The position numbers were made by a program, and so were the translations under genes. This document shows, piece after piece, positions 31,301 to 44,206 of a stretch of DNA of 64,000 bases (the first letter of the stretch is position 1; each line of letters begins with the position of its first letter). The notes below the pieces were generated by a model. The model had not been told where the DNA came from and did no database searches. It saw nothing but the letters and a program-made list of their open reading frames with translations. The DNA is from Seison nebaliae. Lineage: Eukaryota. The stretch lies in NCBI GenBank assembly GCA_023231475.1, contig JALJEE010002757.1:1-64000 (forward strand), in the 5' to 3' direction.

Positions 31301-34300
31301 CTTTGCCCAATTTTCGACACGTTGACATTATCTCGCTCCGATTCCTAATTTCTTACATAACAATCAAAAAAGATGAATGAATAAAATGAATGTCCATTGT
31401 TCGTTTGTTATACTCTTCTTTTTTTATTTTTCTTATTAGCTATAACTGTTTTCTTACTTCCGCTAATATCACCATCCAAAAGCACACTTCTCCACCAACA
31501 CTCCATACCATCTCCACCCTACTACCACCACCACACTACTCTCACTTACACAAGAGACGCACTTCAAACTCCCTCAGTAAAACGACGAGAGAGTGTGTGC
31601 GTGTGTGAGTGGGAAGATGGTCTCTGATCCTGACAGATAATCTTCAGATAATTCTTTCATCAAATCTCTTAAGAACGACATTTCTTCTAATCTGTCCTCC
31701 TTCCCCATTTCGACCGTTTTCTAGTCATTTCTCATAAACTTTCTAAGCGCTCAGATTCAGATTAGTGCAAAATGTCTCATTAATTTCTTCATAATTCCTT
31801 GTCCTTCTCAACTACTCGTCCAATTACTGTGACAATTTTCCATCCATTCTCCGAATAATTTCCTTCAAACCTCAGCAAACTGAGACAATAAAAAAGTTTT
31901 TCTCGTCTAATTTCTCAACGATTTTATCGCCAAAAATTATTAGGAGATAGCATGATTTTCTTTCTTAAAATTATCTTTTAAAATTCTTTCCGAATTTTGT
32001 CACTTCCTTTTTTAATTGGAAGAATTATATGGAACCCAATATCAATATGTATATAGATATGAAAATTAATTTTTTTTGAAAATTTATTTTTTGAAATTAT
32101 AAAATTTTTTTTTTAATTTTTCATTTCTCCACAAAACCAGATAATGCATCGATATGATTGTTTGGAGAAAAAGATACATCGAAAAAAAAAGAGAGTTATT
32201 ATTCGAAGAAATTAATTCACTTTCCATTTTTCGGCATTTTCTTCTTAAGTTTTGTTCCGCAAAATGCTTTCCTTTCCTCCAATTCTCGTTTCAATGATTC
32301 TCTCCCAAATATGAGAAGGGAAAGTTGAGGAAGTGTCTTCTCAAATAATAATCGATTATGTAAAATCGCTCCAATAAGACGAATATGACGATGTTAACGA
32401 CAACGACAAATATGAAGAAGTTTAGGAATTAAAAGAAAGAATAGGAAAAGACGCTTCAAAGATATCATCGTCACTCTCTTTATCGTCATGAGAGAATCAT
32501 TATGAATGTTCTCCTCTTTCTTTTTGATCTTATTCAATTATTTTTCAATTTTTTACTCCTCCTTTTATCCTCCATTTCAAACACATTCTATTATTTATAG
32601 TTTAACTTCTTTTTCTTCTTTTTCTTCTTTTCCTTCAATTGTCCTTTCTTCCCATTTTATTCCAATGAACACGATGAATGATCTCATCATTCTGGTATTA
32701 CTACCAATCGATATTTCAATTTTAAAATTGGGAAAATTTCTATGGTATAATAAAAGTTTCTTGACCGAAAACTTTTCTATTCTCTTCTAGTTTGAATGAT
32801 GATTTTGAAATGTTTCGAAGGAAATTGTCATTTAAATGAAATTCTATTTATGTATTTTATTTATGTACCTATCAAACATTTTTGATTGTTCTTCTTTCAT
32901 TTCTATCTTTTGTCGTCGTCATAAATAGTTAAGTTTTGATGACTTTGTATCAAACATGAATGACGATGAAAAAGAATTTCGGCTTCAACTCGACCGACGG
33001 ATGAAATTGATGACAATTCGTTGAAGTCAATTTAATTCAAAAATATTATTCTCCGGATAATTTCGGTCCAGCAACTTGGAGAAAATGATGGGAGAAGTAA
33101 CGATAACTAACGGAAAGACGAACGATAATGATATGGTGAGAGGGGAAATGTTTTCGTTAAGTATGTGGGGAAAGTATTTTCGAAGAATTAATATTATTCT
33201 TAATTGAATAATGATTTCCGATAAATGCTTAATTGAAATGGTAAACACGAAATAAAATTCGTTCGTTGCATTATCCATTTGTTACGTAATTAAATGTCAA
33301 ACAGTTCCATCCTGTTGTCGTTGAGTTAATGAATAAATTATCTGGAAAGATTCGTTCAAATTCTCTCAATTCCATCTTCCCCCAAATAAAAATCAGATAT
33401 GTTTTTTTCTGATGTAAATGCTTTTCATTTTTCTTTCATTGTTCCTAAATACTATAAAATTAATTTCAAATGAAAAAATTAATTTTTTCATTTTTTTATA
33501 TCAGAAAAAAAATTGAGAAGAAAAATTATTTGAATATTTGAAAAGTGAAATTGAATGAGATATGGATAATGGAATGATTATATAAGAAAAAGACATCGTT
33601 CAAATGCTTTCCATCATCAATAGACAGTAACGATGTTGGATAGATGTTTCGTAATATGATTTATTCTGTAGAAACCACTTGAGTCGAATGATGATGGTGG
33701 TGGTGATGGTGAGAGTGAGAGTGAGAGGAGGGAAGTAGAAGAAAGTTGGAAAACGGTTGAAGATGTCAAAAGAAAACAAATTTTGATGAATATGAATTGA
33801 AATACATTTCACTCATATCAGTCGTCAAACATTGCCTACTTCCTCTTCTCCACTATTCTATTTCTCTTCGAATGGAATTCCTCGAAATCATTTAAAAACA
33901 AAAAATGTTCATTTCAACAATCTCATACTCTCCTCTCCAATTTATGTAATAATAATAGTAATAATAGTAGTAGTAATTGTTGTAGTAATAGTAGTAATGG
34001 TGGTAGTGGTAGAAGAGTATGAGAGACGAACCTATCCCCAACAATTTACCTTCTCCCCAAGGGAAGTCTGAGAGTTCTGTTCTGAAGGATTCCACAACTC
34101 AAAACACGATGAGATTTAATTCGACAAACAAATAAGAAATGTGGAAGTGTGAAATGTGTTCAAATCTAATTGATGAATCACTCAGAAATTGATAGAAACG
34201 TCGACTAATTCGGAGAGGATAACAAGACTATCCTTTTGTCGAAGGAGTTGATGTAGAGTAGAGTTGACTTGACATAATGTTCGATGAGGGAGGAGAGAAA

Positions 34301-37300
34301 TTTAGAGAGAATAACATTATGTTAACATCATGAGAATGTAAATTTGTGTTTTTGTCAATATATCATTCATTCTTCGCCACATCAATCACCAAATCGAAAA
34401 TTGGTAGTAAGTGAAGTGGTGGTAGTATATGAACCGCCATTCTCCGTCATCTCTTCCTGGGAAAGTTTTCCCACGACGGGAAAAAACAAGAACAGCATCG
34501 ATTATGACGATTTCCATGTTAAATATTCCATGAATTTCATCAGGTAAATAACAATCTCGATTATTCTTTAATTTTAATAAATTCATTGTCTTTAAGGAAG
34601 TTCCCCTCCACACTCACACAAATCGTTAGACGGAGAGATAGACGCGACTATTAAATAAATAGTTGGATGGAAGAGAAATCAAATGAGTGGAAAAGAAAAG
34701 AAGACAAGAAATATGGAATAGGAAGAAAGGAAACCTTGGAAAAGGTTCTACCTTTCCGTTCTTTTCACATCCACCATTTCACACAAACATCAATATTAAC
34801 ATCAGAAATTCGATTGCTCTTCCACGTGTGTCTCTCAGACAAAACAACAATTCCGATCTATTTCATTCCGTCTTTCTCTCCTCATCCTCCCACAAAATGC
34901 CTAAACTTTTCAAATTTTCAAAAACCTTCAGAAATTTTCTAACGTTTATTCCATTTTCTCATTTGCTAAGCCAAACTTCAAATAGAGAGTGAACTCGATT
35001 TCTCACTTGAATTGTCATCAAGATAAGACTGTTCCATTTATTCGAGTGCCAGTTAAGGAGAACCGTCTGAAAGATAATTGTGAGAAGGTTTGGAAGTGCC
35101 AGGAAATATATTGATCGATTGAATTTGTTAAATTGGTAGAAGGGAATTATTGGCAGTGGAACTGGTAAAAATTAGAAAATTAAATTACCAGGAAATAGCT
35201 TCTGTTTCCATTCTCTTCCAATTCACAACAACAAGAGTCAAATAGCTAATGTATAATTTAATTCTTGAAACGTTCCATAACTTTTGGAGAAGAAGAAAAT
35301 TTTTCCTTTTATTATTTTTTTCAAAAAGAAATTTTGTTTATTTCCATCAATCCATTATTGGGTATCATCATTAAATTCGTCTTATGATTAACAACATCCT
35401 CATATATCTAATGTGAGGTCAGACAAAGTTGTGTTATACATTCGCCACCAATAACGATGGTATAATTGGTTTGATGTGAAAGTTTAAGTAGGTGACAGTA
35501 TCTTATGGTTCTTTCTTATCAACAGATTATATGAATGAATTTTAATGACAATCTCGTCGAAATATGTAACGTTAGATCGAATGTTGAGACATATAACATT
35601 GTAGAGTACAATGTAGAGAGAATGATGTGAAGATGACGATGAGAGTGAATTGGTTGTTAGATTAATAAAAAGTTGAATTTGTAGGAGAAAAAATGTTAGT
35701 TGAAAAGATAAAGTCAAATTGTTTGCATAATTCACTTCATGTTCTTATATGTCTTCCTTTCCATCAACAGTTCGATGATGTCATTTATAAATTTGGTGTT
35801 TGAAGGATGAATTCCGTTCCATCACGTCATCATTAATCAGATCGTTGAATTTCCATTAAGAAAGTTGAATCAAAAGTCCATCAGGCAAAAAAGAAACTTT
35901 TCTACTATTTAACTGTGAGTGTTGTAGTGAGTGAATGATTAATGTTCGGTATCAAAGGGATGATAGTAGAATCAGAGACGCGTTAGTCCGATTCACTCGT
36001 AATTCTCGAGTCCCGAACTTTCTTATCAGCGGTCGATCATTCTATTGACCGTTAAACACTAATGTTCGATGTTAATGGATACTGATTAGAGAGTTAGTAG
36101 TTACACAACCTCTTTCCTCTCCAAATTGACTATTGGTCCTTTCTATTTAGTTGATGTAACCTTTGCCAATGATAACTCGATGTTATTCTATTCCAATTTC
36201 ATGAGAACTTCATTTCGACCTTCAATGATTAGCGAGACTCAATTTATTACCCAACAACTGGAGTCGGTCGAAAGTGTAAGTAGAAGAATTATTTCTTCCA
36301 TTATTTCCCTTCACATGAGTATATTGTCCTCACGTCATTTTCAATTGTATAAACATGAAAGATGTAATTCCTTCTCTGTTATATGAGATGGGAGGAGGAC
36401 ATTTTCCTGTAGCGGTTGCTTCCACCAATGCTTTCTTCTCTGAAAGAATTAATGGGGAATTATTTCTTATTTATTCTCAAGGTTCTCTCTCTCCCCTCTC
36501 CATCTATATAAGTCGAATGGCACACATGTCGGTTGTGAGATGGAGAGCATTAATTCTGATGTTCCCTTGAAGCAGCAACATTTTACATCAGAGCAATTTT
36601 CCACCTAATAAAATTAGCACAACATAGCACATTTCTCCTCTTCCCTCTTCCTCCACTACTACTACGGCTACTACGTGTGGGGATGATGTTGTAGTTCTAG
36701 TTTAACTTTTAATACGACATCTCCCTTCTGGTGGCACATACACACATATATGACGGCCGATAAAGGAGAGGAGATGCAAATTAATAATATATTTCAAAAC
36801 AATTTTATCAGTCTTCTTTCTCCCACAATCTTTATACGATTATCGGACTCTGTACATCCAGCACGATGAGGCCGCACGAGAAGGAAGAGGAAAGATGGAA
36901 GACCTTAACTGTGTGATTCACTTTCATTCCCATTACACTTCTTATTAGTTGTGTATCATTATTTATGTTACATGAAGCATGGTGTATGTGGAGAAGATAA
37001 AGTAGAAAGATGAAAAAGAAATTATTTTCTCCATTCTTTTTCCCCCACTCATTCGAAATTATGATATTCAATAATTTCGACTTACTGAAATTCTCATGAA
37101 CGACTCTTAGAGAAGGGTCACTTCATTGCGTCTTCTTGCATAACATCACTCTTATTTTCTCTTCAAAGAGAGTCGTTCCGGTTTCCATTCGATGGAGGAA
37201 GATATTCACTTCAATCGAATTTAAGCTAATTCAACTCTCCATATTCCATATTATTATTATAATTATTACTATTATTATTATTATTATTATTGCTATTGTT

Positions 37301-40300
37301 ATTATTTTTGTTATTGTTGTTGATTTTGACAATAAAAAAAAACGATTGTTTCATTCAATTTCTAGTTATGATGGAAAATTTTAAAGAGAAATAGTTTCGA
37401 TTTAGTAAGAATTTTAACATTCTCTTAATATTCCCCTCCCAAAACGACTAGGAATGATTTGATGTTTTTTTTGACTGATGTCTCAATTCTCTTATATGCT
37501 AATAATGATAATGGTCACTTACGACGATTGTTATCGATGTTGACTGATAACAGTCAACATTCTCTTTCGTTTTTAACGATGTTTATCTCTTGCATTTCAT
37601 TTATTTGCAGATCATACGTATCATTCCAATTCCATATTATGGTTTTTTTTCCTCCGTGAATTTCCATGAATATTTTCGAATTTACTTCCCATTTCGCCCA
37701 TTGTGAATGTTCACAATAAATGTTTTGGATTGTAACGATGGACTTCAAGATCAGATAAGTTGTCCGTCAGGTTGTCATTCAAACACGTTGTTACTTTATC
37801 AGCCAACATGAATGATTTGTTGGCAGACAAACGAATTGATTGAGAATTGTTTTTTTGAAAAAAAATTGATTTTTAACTTGTGAGAAAAGTTAATTTGCGT
37901 AGTATTAGTCTTCTCAATACCTTTCAAAGTGATGATTAGAAGGTCACTCGTCGAGGTTACCAACTATCGTACATTCATTACGATTAAAACGATTATTGTT
38001 AAGAAGAACATTTTGCTTAATATACAGACAGAAGACCATTTCATTTCATTATAAATAGAGCACGAATGGAGAAGCCTTTCCTCCCCATCGATTTGGTGAG
38101 TGGGAGAGGAGTCGAAAGTTATTAGATAAATGTATCGGGAAATACGAAGAAAGTAATTGAATAAATCGTGAAACATAATTTAACACTTTTTCTCGTCTTC
38201 ATCAGTTGTTTGAGCGTCGTTAACATTAAAAGCTTTTTCGAACATTTCGAGCTAATGAAGAATACGAGGAAACGTTAGGAAATTATGAGTATATTAATTG
38301 TCCTTCATTCCATTTAAGATCGATATTAACAAAAATCATCATCATCATCATCATGATGAAATATTATCAATATCATTTTTCATTATTATCGACATTCATT
38401 GAGGCCGTTTATTATGCTTTCATCGACGACATATCTCAATCGTTCATTCTTCTAACTTTATCTTTCTCAATGTTCCTTCGAATCACAATGAATCATTCAC
38501 TTCACAATATTCATCATCTTCCTAACATTATCACCAGTCATTCAATATGTTCTCTCCTCTTTCTCTTCTCTCAATCTCCCTTCACTATTCTCCCCCCAAA
38601 CACACACACAAGAAACATTTCATCCATTTCATTCATTTCACAGAGGAATAAGAATAAGTAAAGGATTCCATTCTAGAACAACAATTCTCCACTACTAATA
38701 TCAATCATCGTTACAAACGGAACGATTACCATGAGAAATGAATAGTAATCAAAATGTTGATGGAGTTACTGAACACGAATTATGTTCAACCATTCTTACG
38801 ACTTCATCACTCCAATGATGTTACGTAAATTTCGGGGAGTGCATAAAACACAGTTGGTAAGAAGGGGGAGAAGGGCAGGAATAGGATGAGACCTATGAAA
38901 AGCGTCGACGTTTTGAGAAATTCATAATATTAAGTGAATCACTTTCATATAAACATAAATATTGACGTTAGCAATTTGAAAAGAAATGGTTTGCAAGTAT
39001 GAACTCTCTCCTATTCTGTGTGTTTATGTGCGTGTGTGTGTGTGTGTGTGTGTGTTTGAGGGAGATGAGCTTAATAGTCCTTTCCGTTGAACATAAAATG
39101 ATAAGAGCATTTTATCGGGAAGACATCTTCCTCTCTCTCAAAGAGACTGAAGAAGAGACGGTCGAATTTCTTTACATGTTTATGTAACGCGAATTTGTCT
39201 AATATATTCGTCAATGCAAAAATGCGACTCATCATTATGTCATCATTCATTTATCTTTCACTTTATCATTTCATGTAACTTTCTTCAATTCACCTTTTTA
39301 TCAGCAATTCACAATCAATCTTATCCATCAAAAAAACTTCTCTCGTTGCATTGCACAATTGTGACAATACTCATCAACTTCGATCCTTCTTCCCCCACGA
39401 ATTGCTTCTCCCTCCATTTTGGGCGGATGGAAACGGTGGAAGGTGAAATTGCTTCAAGCTCTGTTATTTCGATGAACTTCCACATTCCACCTTCAAATTA
39501 TGCAATTCCATATTTGATTCGTTTTACTCTCATTCCTGATATGATGATGAGGAATTTATCTGATAAATTAGCAACATGCTTACCATGAGAATGGTGTTCT
39601 TCCCTCGTGATTCTCTTATCGTGAACTACTTATAATTGAACTTACTCTCCCTCATGATCCGTTGTGTTAATGACTGATAATAATCTAATTTGATAATAAT
39701 AATAAATAATTAATAAAGTTAAAGTAATGGTGAGAAATAAAGTATCGTTTATTTTCTCATTAAACTTTTTCAGCGTTCGTTGTAAACAGTTTCGATGGGA
39801 ATAGGCAACATCTAAACATATCTCTTTAACTTTCCAAATTATCATTTCTTCCATTATTCATTGCTGCTTATCTGATTAAAGAGTGGTTATGATAAGACTT
39901 GTTTCGTATTCTCTTCTTCTCCTCTCCTCCTCATCCTCTACGAATGTGATTAAATTAATGTGATAATGAGCAACATTTCTTCACTTCATTTCATCTTTCC
40001 ACTGAGGATCTTCTCTCCACAAACGTCTTCTTATCTAATTATTGTGCCATATTAGAGATGGTATTGATAAGTCTGTTTCAGTGTGCCAAAGAGGAATGTC
40101 TGATTAGAAAGTGCAGATCAGATGAGAACATTCCTGAACAATTCAAATATTTAGACGTTGAGATTAATTATGACTCATGAATTCTCGTCCATCATTCCGA
40201 TGAAACAACTTTCTCAACATTTCATTAACCATCATCTTTTTCTCGTCGTCGTCGTCATTGTTGTCATCGGAATTTTTTTTAATGACAATCATTGAATAGA

Positions 40301-41510
40301 TGAAAAACTGTTCTGCCAACTATCATGTGTATTGATGATGCATGAAATGTGGAGTGACCTATTTACTTAAAGGTATTGTAATGAATATCAAACTGATTAT
40401 GAGATTTATCATTCTCATAATTTTATTCCAGCTATTCTTCCATCTTCATTCATTCTCATTTCGTCGTCATCCTCCTTCTCCTTTTCCACCCTCCTCAAAA
40501 ACATTTTCGCAACTTTATCGTGAGAACTTTATCTTATTCTCCGTCGGACGAAAAACCGTCAACATTATTCTACGAGGCGATTCAATTTGCATTATTCCAT
40601 TATTCTCTCGTACACTGTGTGTATATGTATCGATCAATCGATCAATCGATCTGTCTGTCATGTTCATGTTTTTTTGATCAAACGTGAAATTCTTCATCTT
40701 TCCATCCAATCTACCATTCCTTCGAATTACCTTTCTTTAATAACATTTCTTCCACTCATTCATTCCATCTCCACGGTAGTAGTACCATCATGATGATGAT
40801 GTCTACAATCAAATTAGATCAATATTAAATAATAACATTCCATCGATTCTTTTGTTTTGGAGAGAGTGGTCGAAACCATTATCACAACTGGTTTCATTAC
40901 TCCCAATCATTGTTCGTTTGAACGGTATTGCTTTTGACGATAATCATGATGGTGGTGGGGAGAAAGAAAATGATAATTCTTATAAGAAAATCATCATTCT
41001 GCTTATTTGTTGCACTTCCGGAGAATTTAGTCAGTTTGATTCGGATCGATTTCCATTCGGCATAGACAAATATTTTATTATGTTGCATTCGGTCACTAAA
41101 CTCTCATTATTTGTTTTATGTAATTGGACGAGGAATGAATCGATGCCAAGCAGAGGAAGTTGATGAAGTTGAATCGATTTTCGTCTTCCGCTGATTCATC
41201 ACAATTCTCTATTTCTTCTCCTAGCTGTTTTGTGCAAGCGATCACATTTCCTTCTTCCTAACTCATCAATATCGAATGTTATTAATGAAACAGACCACCA
41301 TCATATTTCAATTAAATAAATAGGAAACTTACCAATTTTCTTTTTCTCCATTCTAAAACTGTTCTACTACGAGTAGTATCATCTCATCAATTCTCTGATT
41401 CACAAATTATCTTCAACATAATATCTTCATCCTCTCCTCCAGTAGAACAATCTTGAATTGTTTCATTTCCAATCTCTACAAAATTTCTTCCATTTTTTTC
41501 TTTCTTACAA

Positions 41511-41706
41511 AATTTTCAGTTTTATTTAAATTTTTTTTTTCTTTCAAAATTTTCAGTTTTAATAACAATTTTCAGTTTTATTTAAAATTTTCAGTTTTAG
41601 TTAAAATTTTTTTTTCTTTTAAAATTTTCAGTTTTAGTATAAATTTTTATGTTTTAAAATATTCAGTTTCCTAAACATTTTATTGTTGTATAATTTTTAG
41701 TTTTAG
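41511..41706 (+). repeat. Degenerate minisatellite, core AATTTTCAGTTTTA, about 18-19 nt period
   Basis: Exact cores at about 41511, 41548, 41567, 41586 and 41623; variants at about 41658 and 41692. Spacings are 37, 19, 19, 37, 35 and 34. Confidence 0.75.
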
Positions 41707-43261
41707 AAAACTTCTTTTTTCTTTTCAAAAGTTTTTGCGCAAAAAAATTTTCAATTATTAAGATAAAGTGCGATCAAATCAGCTGACAGAGTGTGATAGA
41801 AGATGATTATTCGTGTTGGACATATTAAGAAATCTTCATTTATTATGTAAATGAACTCGACATCACATGATGAGTGCATTTTCCATCCAGAAAAATTTCA
41901 GTATGAAAAATTATCTTCAGAGTTTCTGAACATCTGGTCCATGAATATACTGTCTCCTTTCCTCGTATGTTTGTGGAGATGACGGAGAAAATAAGAGAAC
42001 TTATTTATTTTCCTTAGACTCGAAATAGGATTGTGATTGAGACTATCATGACTGTTTGAATATGATTGTTGGAAAGTTGACTGCATTCGAGAATAAGAAG
42101 GAAATTATTTCGATTGTTTATTTAGCGCGAGAAATTCATAAGTTCAGCGCACGATTCGAGTCGTATATTTATTAATGAATTTGTGATAAAAGTGAATAAG
42201 CAATCCATTCTCATCACCATCATCATTGGGAAGATAAATGAGATTTACCGTATGTAAATTTCTAAGTATTTCTCTCAATTGAAAATTGTAAAATCTTCGA
42301 GTTCTTCTATCTCTCCAAAAGCATCTGCTTTCACGATATATACAAACAACAATAACAATAATAATAAGACAGAGGGCACAGACGGAGAGTGTGGGAAAGA
42401 AAGTATTGACAGACGTTCGATTTCCCGATCACATCAATTCACAAATTGATTGATATGACCAATTGAGTAAGAGGGCGCAAAGTGTGCATACCAAATGGAA
42501 TATTCTCACATTACGAAAAATTTATGGATTTTCACACGAAAATTGGCAGAACGAGGGTGTGCATTCGATTGTGCATAAAACTCACAACAATACTTTGACA
42601 GTTCATGTACGAATGAATTATATAATTTCACACAAACGTCTTTCTCGTGTTCGAATGATATGATTATATTTTTCATGATCTCTGGGCAACATTTCAGGTA
42701 TTGGCCACACTAATTCGTCACGTTGACTTCGGGAAAAACAGGGTAATCGAATTCACCATTCCCATGTAGCACAATGTAAGAAAGAGATTGATGATGGTGA
42801 AAAATTGTTGAAATGTTGAATAATGGCACAATAATGCTAAGAATGTGTGTGCGTGCGTGTGTGTATGTCTGTGTAGAGCGAAGGCGGAGGAGGATATGTA
42901 TCTACAAATCCATCTCAAAATAGAGTAGCGCAGATGAATTATTGTGAAAAGAAAAGGAATTTCCACTATTTAATGGAGAGGAATTATTATTATTTCTCGT
43001 CAAATTTAATCACCAATCAACAGCAGGCTCGTCCACTTCATTCATCTGTTTCCATAGTTGCGCTCATGCATTTCTCTCTTTCTTTCCATCGTCAGTCATT
43101 TTATGTGTTCGATTTTCATTTTCCATATCAATATCGATAAATACGTCCATATACTGCTACGTACTAAAAAATGGATTCGTCTATTCCAACAAATCATTTG
43201 CTATTCCCTAACTGTTTCACTGTAAATCGTCCGTGCCTACAAGACAAGTAGTACTATTTCT

Positions 43262-43292
<31 letters not shown>

Positions 43293-44206
43293 AGTACACA
43301 CACACAGCACATTAAGTGTACATTGATGTGGATGTAGACGGATAATAGTCGATATAAGAAGGAATCATATAATATAATTATGTGGCGGACTCGTCATAAC
43401 GAATAATTCCGATACAATGGAACAGTTGAATTGGATGAGGGCATGAAATGAAGTGAACGAATATTTCTTATTAATTTCGTTCTCTTATTTCTCCTTTCTT
43501 TCTATAAGTCGTTCGAGTATAATGGAGACGATAAGAATAGTATGTAGTCGGTCGCTCTATCATACAACCATTCATTCTTCACATGCATCATTCATGCACC
43601 ATCATCAAATGCACATTACAATCATTATTTTCTTTTAATAGAATTATAAATGCGCGTAATATCTGCCTATTCACTTCTTCGTCTTTTTTCTCCTTCCCTT
43701 CGACTACTGTCATTCTGTCTCTCTCTCTTTCTCTCTCTCTTTCTCTTTACCTTCCCCTCGATCTACTCACCAGAATGTATATCACTTGGAAATTGTAATT
43801 CCACTTTTTTGGTTTCATAATTGAAAATTTTCATACTACATATTTGACCCATTCAAACAGTATTCGTAGTAAATTGAAATTTTCACTGTTCTTTCTCTTT
43901 TAGTTTTTATTAAAATTTTTTCTTTTTTGAAAATGAACCACCAAAAAGAGGGAAAACCCTCAAAATTAGGAAGTTTATCCGCCGTTCTAAATCGTCTTAA
44001 ACCGTTCTCCAATTTATCCAATTACTTCTCTATCATCATTATTTATCTAATATTTTCCTTTTCTTCCTTTCCATCAAATTAGATTAGCGCGAAATAATCG
44101 ATCGATTATACAAATTCGATCGATTGTGGAAACGGTTACGCTTGAACATTTGCACGCAAACGACAACTGTCAAAATTCATTATATCAATTTCACCCAACC
44201 ATAAAA

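Noticed and set aside
11894..44021. Dozens of 60-150 aa ORFs in the desert
   Set aside because: F/I/L/S/H-rich translations of microsatellite and AT-rich DNA, many with non-ATG starts, and no recognisable domains.
44126..44206. ORF-track start at GTG 44126 for the giant protein
   Set aside because: A bacterial-style start. The first ATG is at 44207, or the frame is entered by splicing at 44083.
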